From: Gemmatimonadaceae bacterium
Lineage (GTDB): Bacteria > Gemmatimonadota > Gemmatimonadetes > Gemmatimonadales > Gemmatimonadaceae
Length of the DNA: 64,000 nt
Assembly (NCBI GenBank): GCA_045803545.1
Contig: JBJMOW010000006.1
Span: 96,001 to 160,000, forward strand
Reading direction: 5' to 3'
A program made the translations under genes and the position numbers. Below the pieces are notes generated by a model. It was not told the origin of the DNA. It searched no databases and saw only the letters and a program-made list of their open reading frames with translations. Shown one piece after another: positions 38,423-47,117 of this stretch (within the stretch, counting starts at the first letter, position 1; every line of letters starts with the position of its first letter).

Positions 38423-39520
38423 CTAACGGCGGTCGATACAGGGCTCGATAATCTGACGCTTCGCGGAGCGCGGGTCGTTGATCGTTTCGTAAAACTCGTC
38501 GAAATATTTCAACGTCTCGCGCACCGTGTCGTCGTCCAGCAGCTTGCCAATCGGGTCACGATATAGCGCGTAGATCTCGGCCCTCTTCTCGTTGAACAGT
38601 GCGAAGACCTTCGTGAACATCGCCGGATCGCCGCAGTAACCGCGGAAAAGTCTCCGGCGCACGTTCGGAAGGTTGAGCCTCTCGTCTGGAATCGCGTACG
38701 ACGCGTTCACTGCACCGGCGAAATCAAAGTCGTAGGCAATTGGCATCACGTTGCCATCGTTGGTGAATAGCAGCTCGACGTTGTGCAGGCCGGCTACCGA
38801 GAAATCCGTGTTCCCGATCATGTACTGGAACACGCCGAATAGCGCATTCTGGAACGGGTCCAGATCAGATCCGCCAGCGCCCTTCTGCTCCATGACTTTT
38901 CCATTCAGTCTCGAGCCGAGCGAACCTGGTTCCTCCATGATGAACCCGAACCTGTGCGCGCGCACTTTTCCGCTGCCGCTGTCGGCGTACGTGAACTTGA
39001 GCAGCCGCGCGCGATGACTGATCGGCGTCAGTATCTGATAGACGCGATAGAGCTGGAATTCCTCGAGGAGGTAGCGCTCATACCCGTCGCGATCCTGGCA
39101 GTAGCTCACCAGCTTTGGCTTGTCGAGCCGGCTGAAGATCGTTCCTTTGGAAGTTTCACCGCTGAAATTCAGCTTGAGCGGCGGGAAGTCGCACATCCTA
39201 AGACGCCAGATTCCGCGCGTGCGTGCTTTGAGTGGAAGGGAAACCGTCGCGCCGGCAGTGTCCTTGTACGACATCGTCGCCGGACGCCACGGTGCTTCAG
39301 CGCCCTTGTCGCCTCGAATCCTGCCGATATTCGTGGTGAAGGTCACCTCCAGCGGCTCCTGAGCGTCGTACAGCGGTGCAGGTACGAAAGTCTTGGTGTG
39401 TTCGACCTTGACCGCTGGCGTTTGCTGAGTGCTGGCTACAACAGGCTCCTGCGCACTCACTCCTGAAGAAATGAGCGCGGCACACGAGCAGGCAAAGAGA
39501 TAGGTGCGGGTTGCCGGCAC
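38423..39520 (-). CDS. Secreted hypothetical protein, possibly with a CotH/HipA-like kinase fold
   Basis: CDFPPLKLNF, FQYMIGNTD, HN and YDFD resemble an atypical kinase catalytic loop. Confidence 0.5.
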   Translation of the reverse strand: MPATRTYLFACSCAALISSGVSAQEPVVASTQQTPAVKVEHTKTFVPAPLYDAQEPLEVTFTTNIGRIRGDKGAEAPWRPATMSYKDTAGATVSLPLKARTRGIWRLRMCDFPPLKLNFSGETSKGTIFSRLDKPKLVSYCQDRDGYERYLLEEFQLYRVYQILTPISHRARLLKFTYADSGSGKVRAHRFGFIMEEPGSLGSRLNGKVMEQKGAGGSDLDPFQNALFGVFQYMIGNTDFSVAGLHNVELLFTNDGNVMPIAYDFDFAGAVNASYAIPDERLNLPNVRRRLFRGYCGDPAMFTKVFALFNEKRAEIYALYRDPIGKLLDDDTVRETLKYFDEFYETINDPRSAKRQIIEPCIDRR

Positions 39521-39621
39521 GGTCTACCTCCGAGAGACGGACGCTCGAATATTGTGCGAGCATCTGGTTCGCGCCATAGCGAGTCGATGGCGCCATGACG
39601 ACCTCGCTCGACGATCGCCCT

Positions 39622-39660
39622 AAAAAAAACAAAACCCGCCGAGTTAGCTCGACGGGCTTT
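39622..39660 (-). terminator. Rho-independent terminator
   Basis: GC stem GCCCGTCGAG/CTCGGCGGGT followed by a long T-run on the minus strand. Confidence 0.85.
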
Positions 39661-39680
39661 GTCCCCTCTCCAGCGAAGCC

Positions 39681-40139
39681 TTACAGGCTCCACTGCAGTC
39701 GTTCAACAAAAATGGGTTTAGCGAAACGTCCCAACAGCGTCGCCGTACTCTGAACCTGAGAGTAGCTCTCCGGTCCGACCACGACGTAGAGTGCGCCGTT
39801 CCGCAGAAATCTGTCGCGCGCCATGATGCCGCGCAGAAGCGGAACGATCAATCTTGCATCCGCACCGCTGACCGCCCGCAGATCCACGATCAACCGCTCC
39901 GCGGAAACCGCGTCGGCACTCTCGAACATCCGCCTGATCAGCACATGGATCGGCTCACGCCCGTCATCCTGCAGTCCGGCGAACCGAACGTAGACGGTTC
40001 GATGTGATGCATCGATCGCAAATGTGCTTACCGGTCCTTCCGCGCTCATTACCGCCGGCGCGTCGGGAGTCGACTTGACGGTCGTCGGCTCGACGCAACC
40101 CAATGCGAGTAGAGCGCATGCTATGCGAATCATGTTCAT
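39681..40139 (-). CDS. Hypothetical lipoprotein (resembles a fragment of the S41/ClpP-crotonase fold)
   Basis: Lipobox ALGC; LIVDLR motif. Confidence 0.5.
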   Translation of the reverse strand: MNMIRIACALLALGCVEPTTVKSTPDAPAVMSAEGPVSTFAIDASHRTVYVRFAGLQDDGREPIHVLIRRMFESADAVSAERLIVDLRAVSGADARLIVPLLRGIMARDRFLRNGALYVVVGPESYSQVQSTATLLGRFAKPIFVERLQWSL

Positions 40140-40148
40140 ACCTCGATC

Positions 40149-41546
40149 TCACGGAAATGGACGCGGACGCGGCCATGGCCACGGCCACGGGTCGAACGAG
40201 CGCGCGCCAGCCAGTCCGCGTACCGCTGCTTCGCGCACTTGCGGATCACTCGAGTTGAGTAGCTCGGTTAATGTTGCCTCCGAGCTCTCGCCCGATTTCA
40301 TCAATGCACGGATCAACGCTTTTCTGACACGATCGTTGCGCTCCGATTTGAGCGCGTCACGAATGGCAGACAGCGCATTCCGGTCCTGCATCTGTCCAAG
40401 CGCCCAGGCTGCCTTGAGCCGCGTGTCCGTGTTCTCGTCCGACAGCAACCGCAGCAATCCTGCGGGCGCACTCGCCCCCTCGTCGTCCAGCTGGCCAAGC
40501 GCCCACGCAGCCGTGCCTCGGACATAAGCACTGCGATCGGAGGTTGCTGCATCGAGCAGAGCAACCGATGCATGGTCACCGATGTTGCCGAGCGCCCACA
40601 CCGCAGTCTCGCGCACGCGCTCTTCACTGTCGCTGCGGATTGCATTTCCAAGCGCCGACACGCCACGCGTGTCTTCAATGTTGCCAAGCGCCCACGCCGC
40701 CATTTCACGCACGCGTGGTTCGGCGTCTCGTCCGAGCACCTCGATCAGCGCGGGTACACCTTCCCTTGCCTCCATCTTGCCGAGTGCCCACGCAGCAACT
40801 CGGCGAACGTTGGGCGAATTGTCCTGTCGCGCGACACGGATCAACGCCGGAACAGCGCTGGTGGACTCGAGGTGGCCAACAGCAGCGACGGCCGCCTCCC
40901 GCACCTTCTCGGCGTCGTCGCTGAAGAGATTGACCAGCGGATTGAGCGCGCGTCCATTCTCGATCCTGCCGAGCGCCCAGGCAGAATTCGCGCGCACTTC
41001 CACGGCAGCATCACGCAGTGCGCGTATCAGCGGCTCTACCCCCGTTTGTGCCTCGACGAGACCAAGTCCAAGCGCCGCGACGGCGCGCGTAGGTCCGTCG
41101 CTCGCACCCAACCGAGTGACGAGCTCACTGCCAACCGTCTCAGCTCTTTGAGTTCCGATCAATCGCACCGAGAGCTCCCGCACGCACGCATCGTCCGAAG
41201 ACAGACCCGCAAAAAGACGCTGTACATCTTCAGTCGAAAACGCGCGGCCGTCATGACCGCTGTACGTCAGCGGCCCCGACGATGCAGCGAGCGGCGTGTA
41301 CGGCGCGTCCGCCCAACCGCCCCAACCATTCCCGACCGACCCTGCGGCCAACGAGCAGATCATCGGCGGTGCGCCGCGCGCAGCTGTCAGCAGCGCAGCC
41401 ACATCGATGGTGGCGCGCTGCTGTCCTTCGTCAGAGCTCCAACTCGACTCTTTCACAGTGGCAGCTGCCGGGACATTGGTTAGCGACGAAAAGGCAAACG
41501 TCGCGAGCGCCAGTCCGATTATGCGTTGCATGATTACTCCGTTCAT
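40149..41546 (-). CDS. Secreted HEAT-repeat protein with a C-terminal W/P-rich tail
   Basis: About 9 VR..AAWALG repeats; ends WPWPWPRPRPFP. Confidence 0.88.
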   Translation of the reverse strand: MNGVIMQRIIGLALATFAFSSLTNVPAAATVKESSWSSDEGQQRATIDVAALLTAARGAPPMICSLAAGSVGNGWGGWADAPYTPLAASSGPLTYSGHDGRAFSTEDVQRLFAGLSSDDACVRELSVRLIGTQRAETVGSELVTRLGASDGPTRAVAALGLGLVEAQTGVEPLIRALRDAAVEVRANSAWALGRIENGRALNPLVNLFSDDAEKVREAAVAAVGHLESTSAVPALIRVARQDNSPNVRRVAAWALGKMEAREGVPALIEVLGRDAEPRVREMAAWALGNIEDTRGVSALGNAIRSDSEERVRETAVWALGNIGDHASVALLDAATSDRSAYVRGTAAWALGQLDDEGASAPAGLLRLLSDENTDTRLKAAWALGQMQDRNALSAIRDALKSERNDRVRKALIRALMKSGESSEATLTELLNSSDPQVREAAVRGLAGARSFDPWPWPWPRPRPFP

Positions 41547-41592
41547 GAAGCCCGCCTTGTTGCGGGAAGTTGAAAATTCAGCACTGACCTTC

Positions 41593-41623
41593 AAAAGAGA
41601 GGGCGCCGACCTGGCGCCCTCTC
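41593..41623 (-). terminator. Rho-independent terminator
   Basis: 11-bp stem GAGAGGGCGCC/GGCGCCCTCTC plus TTTT on the minus strand. Confidence 0.75.
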
Positions 41624-41626
41624 CGA

Positions 41627-43774
41627 TTACCTGTCGCTCGGATAAGGGCGCGGCTGCGGCCACGGTCGTGGCCACGGTCCCGTCGCGTGTCCGCCTGCTA
41701 ACGCTTTCACAGCAATGGTTCTGATCTCCGGATCCTTCGACTCCAGCAGCGATTTCAGCGCGTCAACCGACTTTTCGCCAGTTGCCGCAAGTGCGCGGAT
41801 GTATGCGATCTGCAGCTCTTTGTTCTGTTCTCTGCTCATCGCTGCCTCGAGACCAGGGATTGCCGCCGGATCTTCGATTTCGTACAGCGCCCAGGCCGCG
41901 GTCTCACGGGTCTCGGCATCGCTGTCCTTGAGCAGGTTGATCAACGCTGGAGGCGCCTGCTTGAGATCGAGATTGCCCAGCGCCCACGCTGCACGCTTCC
42001 GCATCTCGGAGCTCGGATCCGACAACGACTGAGCGAGCGCGTCTGCAGCGTTGCGGTTTCCAACGCTCCCGAGCGCCCACGCCGCGGTAAGCTTGACCTG
42101 GGTGTCTGAATCGCGCAGGCCGGCTATCAACGCTTCCGTTGCAACCGCCGAATGATCGCCCTCAGCCAGCGACCACGCCGACATCTCTCTTACTCTCGCA
42201 TCGCGATCGGTGCGCAGCGCTTTAGCAAGCGCTTCTGCAGCATCCTGACGATCGGCGTACTCGGACAATCCCCACGCTGCAATCCGGCGCAGGTTGGCGT
42301 CAGCGTCCGTCGTCAAAATCTTCGCGAGCAGCACCGGACGTTCATCGGTGTCGCTCTTCGCGCCCTGGGTATTGAGGAGGTTGAGTAGAGCCGTCTGGCC
42401 CGCACTCATACCAGCCTTCACGCCCTGCTCTACGACGTAGTTGAGGGACATCTGGGTCTGAGTGTTAGTCGTTCGCGCCGTTTGCGTACTCGTCGCCTGT
42501 GAAGAACTTTGGCTGGTCGACTGCGCCGCCGCTCTCGCAGCTGCTTCGGCGCTTGCTTCCTTCCCGAAGGACTTCTCCATCTTCCTCTCGAGACGTGGAT
42601 CCGGGTACGCGCGATCGACGACGTTCTGATTAGCCATGTCGAGATCGCTCGCGGCGGGAGCAACGGTTGCTGCTGGCGTTTGTTGACGGGGAGCTGGCGC
42701 AGCGGCACCGACCACGATCGAGATCAACGCCAGCGATCCAATCAACGCAGCCGACTGCTTGCGGCTCGGACTCGAGTGACGAAGGTCCGGATCGAGAATC
42801 GCCAACATGCGACCTTCGAATTCCTTGCGGCGCGCCATCGCCAGTGCAACCGACGGCGTCGCGTCACGCTTCACGCTGGTGACGATATCGAGCAGATGTT
42901 CGGCGTAGTCAGTCGCGCGCGCCCCGCATGCAAGCGCGAGATCATCGCACGCGCGCTCGCTCTCTGAGCGGAGCTGCTTGGCGGCAGTCCACACCAGTGG
43001 ATGGAACCAGTAGAACGCACAGGCCAAACGCCCGAGTGTGTGCCCAACCAGATCGTGACGCCGAACGTGCGCCAGCTCGTGCAGCAATACCGCGCGACGG
43101 CGATCGAGCGTCCAGGTGTCGCATTCGGCCGGGAGTACTATAGTCGGAGTGAGCACGCCACAGGCAAAAGGCATCTTGGTGTCTTCGCTGCGCAGCAATC
43201 GCGGAGGCTCTTCGAGCGCGAGCCGGTCCGAGACTTCGTACAGCGGGTTCATCCAATCTTCAGTCGTCAGCGGGCGTGCGCGATTGACAATGCGCTTCAC
43301 CAGCATTGCTGCGTAGCCGAGCGATGCGGCGATCACTACGACCACGATCGCCCAGATCGAGACGAGCAGCGATAGGCCACTCAGAATGGGCGAGCCTGCA
43401 ACTTCGCTTTCGATTGAAGCCGGGGTTGAAAGATGGTTGCCCGACGCATTCCCATTGATGACGACCGGCGTCTGTTTGTCGACCTTTGATGCTGACTGTG
43501 TCTCGTTGAACGACGGTGGCTGAATGTTTGGAGACGCTTTCTCAGCCGGGAGAATGCGGATAGGAATCGGCGCCCACGCAGTCAGTGCGGGAACCAGCAG
43601 CAGCGTGGCGAGTGTGACGAGCCATACCAGGTGACGCGCGCCAGCAGAGGCCCGCTGCATGGAAAGCGTGATACCGAGTGCAACAACGAGAATGAGCGTA
43701 GCCTTGATCAGCAGCGCCGCCATTGAGAGACTGGTGCCGCTGAACTCAAAGCCGGACAGGATGTTGGAGAGCAT
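41627..43774 (-). CDS. BlaR1-like M56 metallopeptidase with an extracytoplasmic HEAT-repeat domain
   Basis: HELAH, YWFHPLVW and ERACDD; HEAT repeats; ends WPRPWPQPRPYP. Confidence 0.92.
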   Translation of the reverse strand: MLSNILSGFEFSGTSLSMAALLIKATLILVVALGITLSMQRASAGARHLVWLVTLATLLLVPALTAWAPIPIRILPAEKASPNIQPPSFNETQSASKVDKQTPVVINGNASGNHLSTPASIESEVAGSPILSGLSLLVSIWAIVVVVIAASLGYAAMLVKRIVNRARPLTTEDWMNPLYEVSDRLALEEPPRLLRSEDTKMPFACGVLTPTIVLPAECDTWTLDRRRAVLLHELAHVRRHDLVGHTLGRLACAFYWFHPLVWTAAKQLRSESERACDDLALACGARATDYAEHLLDIVTSVKRDATPSVALAMARRKEFEGRMLAILDPDLRHSSPSRKQSAALIGSLALISIVVGAAAPAPRQQTPAATVAPAASDLDMANQNVVDRAYPDPRLERKMEKSFGKEASAEAAARAAAQSTSQSSSQATSTQTARTTNTQTQMSLNYVVEQGVKAGMSAGQTALLNLLNTQGAKSDTDERPVLLAKILTTDADANLRRIAAWGLSEYADRQDAAEALAKALRTDRDARVREMSAWSLAEGDHSAVATEALIAGLRDSDTQVKLTAAWALGSVGNRNAADALAQSLSDPSSEMRKRAAWALGNLDLKQAPPALINLLKDSDAETRETAAWALYEIEDPAAIPGLEAAMSREQNKELQIAYIRALAATGEKSVDALKSLLESKDPEIRTIAVKALAGGHATGPWPRPWPQPRPYPSDR

Positions 43775-43779
43775 TGGTG

Positions 43780-44199
43780 TTATCTCCCGCTTTGACGAGC
43801 ACGCCCGATGATGGCGCGCAATCTCTTGACGTCCGAATCACTCATCTCAGCATCCGACATCCGAAGCAAAGCAGTCATTGCCTGCTCCGGCGAGTCGCCG
43901 AAGTACGTGCGGACCACGTGCGCGAGAACATCTTCGCGTGCCATCTCGGTCGACTGTGCCGGATAGTAGATGTAGCGGGGACCATCCTCACGATGCTTGA
44001 TCAGACCCTTCTCGCCGAGGATGCGAAGCACGGATCGCACGGCAGAATAGGTTGGCGGATCGGGAAGGTCGGCCATGATCTCGGCGACGGTGGCGCCGGT
44101 GCGGCGATGGAGGATGTCCATCACCTGGCTTTCGCGTCGCGAAAGCGCGGATGGAATTGCAGAGGCTTCTTCTTTTTTGGGCATCAGCGTAGCAGCCAT
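43780..44199 (-). CDS. BlaI/MecI/CopY family repressor
   Basis: LSRRESQVMDIL, PTYSAVRSVLRIL and GPRYIY. Confidence 0.93.
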   Translation of the reverse strand: MAATLMPKKEEASAIPSALSRRESQVMDILHRRTGATVAEIMADLPDPPTYSAVRSVLRILGEKGLIKHREDGPRYIYYPAQSTEMAREDVLAHVVRTYFGDSPEQAMTALLRMSDAEMSDSDVKRLRAIIGRARQSGR

Positions 44200-44235
44200 G
44201 GGAAATCACCAGGGATTCAGAGAATCCCATAAAGG

Positions 44236-44286
44236 TGTTGAAAAATCAACCGTGCTGAATTTTCAACAGTCCTACGGCTTTGTCAA
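44236..44286 (-). promoter_or_regulatory. Tandem 16-bp operators (TGTTGA-N4-TCAACA type) and a -35 TTGACA
   Basis: TGTTGAAAAATCAACC (44236) and TGCTGAATTTTCAACA (44253); minus-strand TTGACA at 44281-44286. Confidence 0.7.
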
Positions 44287-44296
44287 TAGCGAAGTT

Positions 44297-46615
44297 TCAG
44301 GAGCCCTTTCTGAGCACGATGTCGCCGTTCACTGTATTGACTCGAATCAGCGGTCCACCGCTCCCAACCTGTTGGCGCACACGGACATAGCGTCGCGGCG
44401 TCCCGTGACTCGTATCCCAGTTGTTCGTTTCGGTAACCGTCAGCGGCCAGTCGCTGATGATGCGAGTCTTGTCGCGGAAATTGTCCGTGTAGGCGGTCTC
44501 GAGCTCAAGGTTCGCATTTAAATCATCGGGCACCGTGATCACCACTCGCCCGGTTCCGGATGTCACATCGACCGAGCCAGCACCGCGAAAATCGATCGCC
44601 ACGCTGCCGGCGCCGGTGTGAGCTTCAACCGATCCGCGAGCCGGACCGATCTCGATGTCACCGCCGCCAGTCTCGGCGTATACGGCACCGCCTGAAGGTC
44701 CGATGGTGACCTTGCCGCCGCCGGTGGTGACGTGGGCGCCGTTCGGCGCAAATGGAAGCTTGAGTGAGCCGCCGGCAGCAGACATTCTGATGGGCCCGCC
44801 AGTCGCAACGGCGTAGCCAGTAGTATCGCCGTCGACAGTCGCCATCGCCGCCGCACCCTCGCCGGTGCCGTAGCCGTAGCCTTTACCAGCGCCGCTCGCA
44901 TCGGTGTAGATCACCGGCCCGCTACCGGACGAACCTTTAAAGTGACCTTTGACGCCGATGATGCGAACGAGTCCGCCACCGGTGCTGACGTTCCCTTCGA
45001 GGTTGGAATCGTCGACGTACACTTCCCCGCCACCGGTGCTCAGGTCCACGCGGCCGTTGACCTTGTGGAGTTTGATATTGCCGCCGCCGGTGCTGCCACG
45101 GAATTCGCCGCTGGTGTTGGAGATGTCGATCGATCCGCCGGATGACTTGATCCGAACGTTGATCTCGCGTGGCAACTTGATGTCGAAGTCGTGACTGCTG
45201 CTCTGATTTCGCGAGAAGCGGCTGAAATCACTCGACAGAGTGGCGTCGCCACCCGAACGCTCGAGCGTGACGCGCGTGTCGCGCCAGCTGCTCCCACTCA
45301 AACGCGCATCGACTAAGACTTCTGGCTTGTCCCAGCTCTCGATCGTTATTCCGCCGCCCGTTTTCAGATCGATGTAGAGCGTACCGCCCGAGCGTATCGG
45401 CGCCGAGAGAGTGAATGTCGAATCGAAAACTCTTTTAGAATCGCGTCCGACTTTTTCTATGTCGTTGGCCTTTTCGGGAGTCGCGATCAGCGGATTCGGC
45501 GCGTCAACCGGCGTGGCAGAAATTTTGGGGGCGGCACTCACCGTTGGCTTTGCGGCTGCCTTGCGCTCAACCGGTCGGAATGCTGCGAGCGGTAACACCA
45601 CCAATAAAGAAATCGCGGCTGCAACCCATCTCGCCGTTCGGGAGGCCGCGACCCTCTCGCGGGATTCGTTCAGCACGGCGAGCAGTCGTCCCTCGAGCTG
45701 TGATGGTCGCGCCATCGCTACCGACAGGAAGCCGGGCGCACCGAATGCGCGGGCGGATCTCGCTACCTCGAGCAAATGCGACGCGTAATCCGCCGCCGGC
45801 GTGCCCAGCGAAACCACACGATCATCGCACGCGCGCTCACACTCTGCGCGCAACCTGCGTTCGAGCATCCAGACAAGCGGATGGAACCAGTAAATCGCGC
45901 AGACGAAGCCGGCTAGCAGCTGCGACAGAGAATCCGCTCGGGAGATGTGCGCCATCTCGTGGCGAAGCACCACCCGACGATGGTCCTCAGACCAGTCGAG
46001 TGCATCGTCGGGCAACAGGATCACGGGATCCAGGGTGCCCCAGGTGAGGGGCGTGCTGACGAACGAGCTGGTCGATAACCGTACGCTGCGCGTTACGTCT
46101 GCTTCGATGCGGACTGCGTCGAGAAGCCTCTGCCACTCCGGTTGGCTGAGTGGCCAGGCCTCGCGTGCAATCTTACGCAAGCGGAGACGGCCGATCGCGA
46201 GCCAGGAAAGCACCGCGAACAAACCGATCGCCCACGCGAGAACGGGGACGGCGTCAAGATTCAGTCGCGTCGGATTGCTGGTGACGCCGCCGGCGGCGAA
46301 TCGCGCACCGCTGTTGGCGTCATTCGTCGATATGTTGGCCGGCGCGGAGGGAACGGCGGTTGAAGAGGAGCGTTGGTCCCCGATGGCCGCTGCGACGTTT
46401 GGTATGAGCGCGGCACTCGACTGCGGCAGCACCCCAACTTCCCAGCGCGGCGAGATCAGCATCAGCGCGGGCAACGTTAGCCCACAAACGAGGGTCGCCA
46501 GCAACACGAGATGCCGGACCGAAGATGAAACGCGTCGCATGGCCGCAGCGACCACGAGGCCTGCGCCAAAGATGAGAGTCACCTTGATCAGCAACCCAGG
46601 AATGAACGCGGTCAT
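44297..46615 (-). CDS. BlaR1-like M56 metallopeptidase with a DUF4097 beta-solenoid domain
   Basis: HEMAH, YWFHPLVW and ERACDD; many STGGG repeats; terminal TVNGDI. Confidence 0.9.
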   Translation of the reverse strand: MTAFIPGLLIKVTLIFGAGLVVAAAMRRVSSSVRHLVLLATLVCGLTLPALMLISPRWEVGVLPQSSAALIPNVAAAIGDQRSSSTAVPSAPANISTNDANSGARFAAGGVTSNPTRLNLDAVPVLAWAIGLFAVLSWLAIGRLRLRKIAREAWPLSQPEWQRLLDAVRIEADVTRSVRLSTSSFVSTPLTWGTLDPVILLPDDALDWSEDHRRVVLRHEMAHISRADSLSQLLAGFVCAIYWFHPLVWMLERRLRAECERACDDRVVSLGTPAADYASHLLEVARSARAFGAPGFLSVAMARPSQLEGRLLAVLNESRERVAASRTARWVAAAISLLVVLPLAAFRPVERKAAAKPTVSAAPKISATPVDAPNPLIATPEKANDIEKVGRDSKRVFDSTFTLSAPIRSGGTLYIDLKTGGGITIESWDKPEVLVDARLSGSSWRDTRVTLERSGGDATLSSDFSRFSRNQSSSHDFDIKLPREINVRIKSSGGSIDISNTSGEFRGSTGGGNIKLHKVNGRVDLSTGGGEVYVDDSNLEGNVSTGGGLVRIIGVKGHFKGSSGSGPVIYTDASGAGKGYGYGTGEGAAAMATVDGDTTGYAVATGGPIRMSAAGGSLKLPFAPNGAHVTTGGGKVTIGPSGGAVYAETGGGDIEIGPARGSVEAHTGAGSVAIDFRGAGSVDVTSGTGRVVITVPDDLNANLELETAYTDNFRDKTRIISDWPLTVTETNNWDTSHGTPRRYVRVRQQVGSGGPLIRVNTVNGDIVLRKGS

Positions 46616-47037
46616 GCTGCACCTCCCTTGCTTCGCGCGCGCTCGATCAGGCGCTCGAGCTCGTCCAAATCTTCGTTAGTTAGATGGTCCTCGTACATAC
46701 CCACCATCGCTGCCACCGCGGAGCTGGCCGAGTCGTCGAAGAAGGTTCGCACGAGGTGGCGCATAGCGGACATGCTGACCCGATCGGGATCCACTGTCGG
46801 ATGGTAGACATAGCGGGGACCATCCTGCTCGTGCCGGAGGTGGCCTTTACTCTCCAGCCAGCGAAGCATGCCTCTGACTGCGGTATAGGTCGGTGGATCG
46901 GGAAGATCGGCGAGAACGTCGGCGGCGCTAGCCCGACCGCGACGGTAAACGATCTCCATTATCTGACGCTCTCGGCGTCCCAGCTGCTCCAATCCACGCT
47001 TTTGCATCGCGGCTCCGTCCGGTGACTGTTGCGCCAC
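46612..47037 (-). CDS. BlaI/MecI/CopY family repressor
   Basis: LGRRERQIMEIV, PTYTAVRGMLRWL and GPRYVY. Confidence 0.93.
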   Translation of the reverse strand: MAQQSPDGAAMQKRGLEQLGRRERQIMEIVYRRGRASAADVLADLPDPPTYTAVRGMLRWLESKGHLRHEQDGPRYVYHPTVDPDRVSMSAMRHLVRTFFDDSASSAVAAMVGMYEDHLTNEDLDELERLIERARSKGGAA

Positions 47038-47050
47038 TGGAGGGCCAAGA

Positions 47051-47085
47051 TGTCAATAGGTTGACATACTGTCAATAGGCTGGCA
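47051..47085 (-). promoter_or_regulatory. Tandem 16-bp operators (TGTCAA-N4-TTGACA type)
   Basis: TGTCAATAGGTTGACA (47051) and TGTCAATAGGCTGGCA (47070). Confidence 0.75.
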
Positions 47086-47117
47086 CGAGTCCAAGGTTGA
47101 CGAGGTTATCCGAGGCC

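Noticed and set aside
41627..47037. Beta-lactam resistance locus
   Set aside because: The sensors lack penicillin-binding domains and no blaZ/mecA-like gene is adjacent
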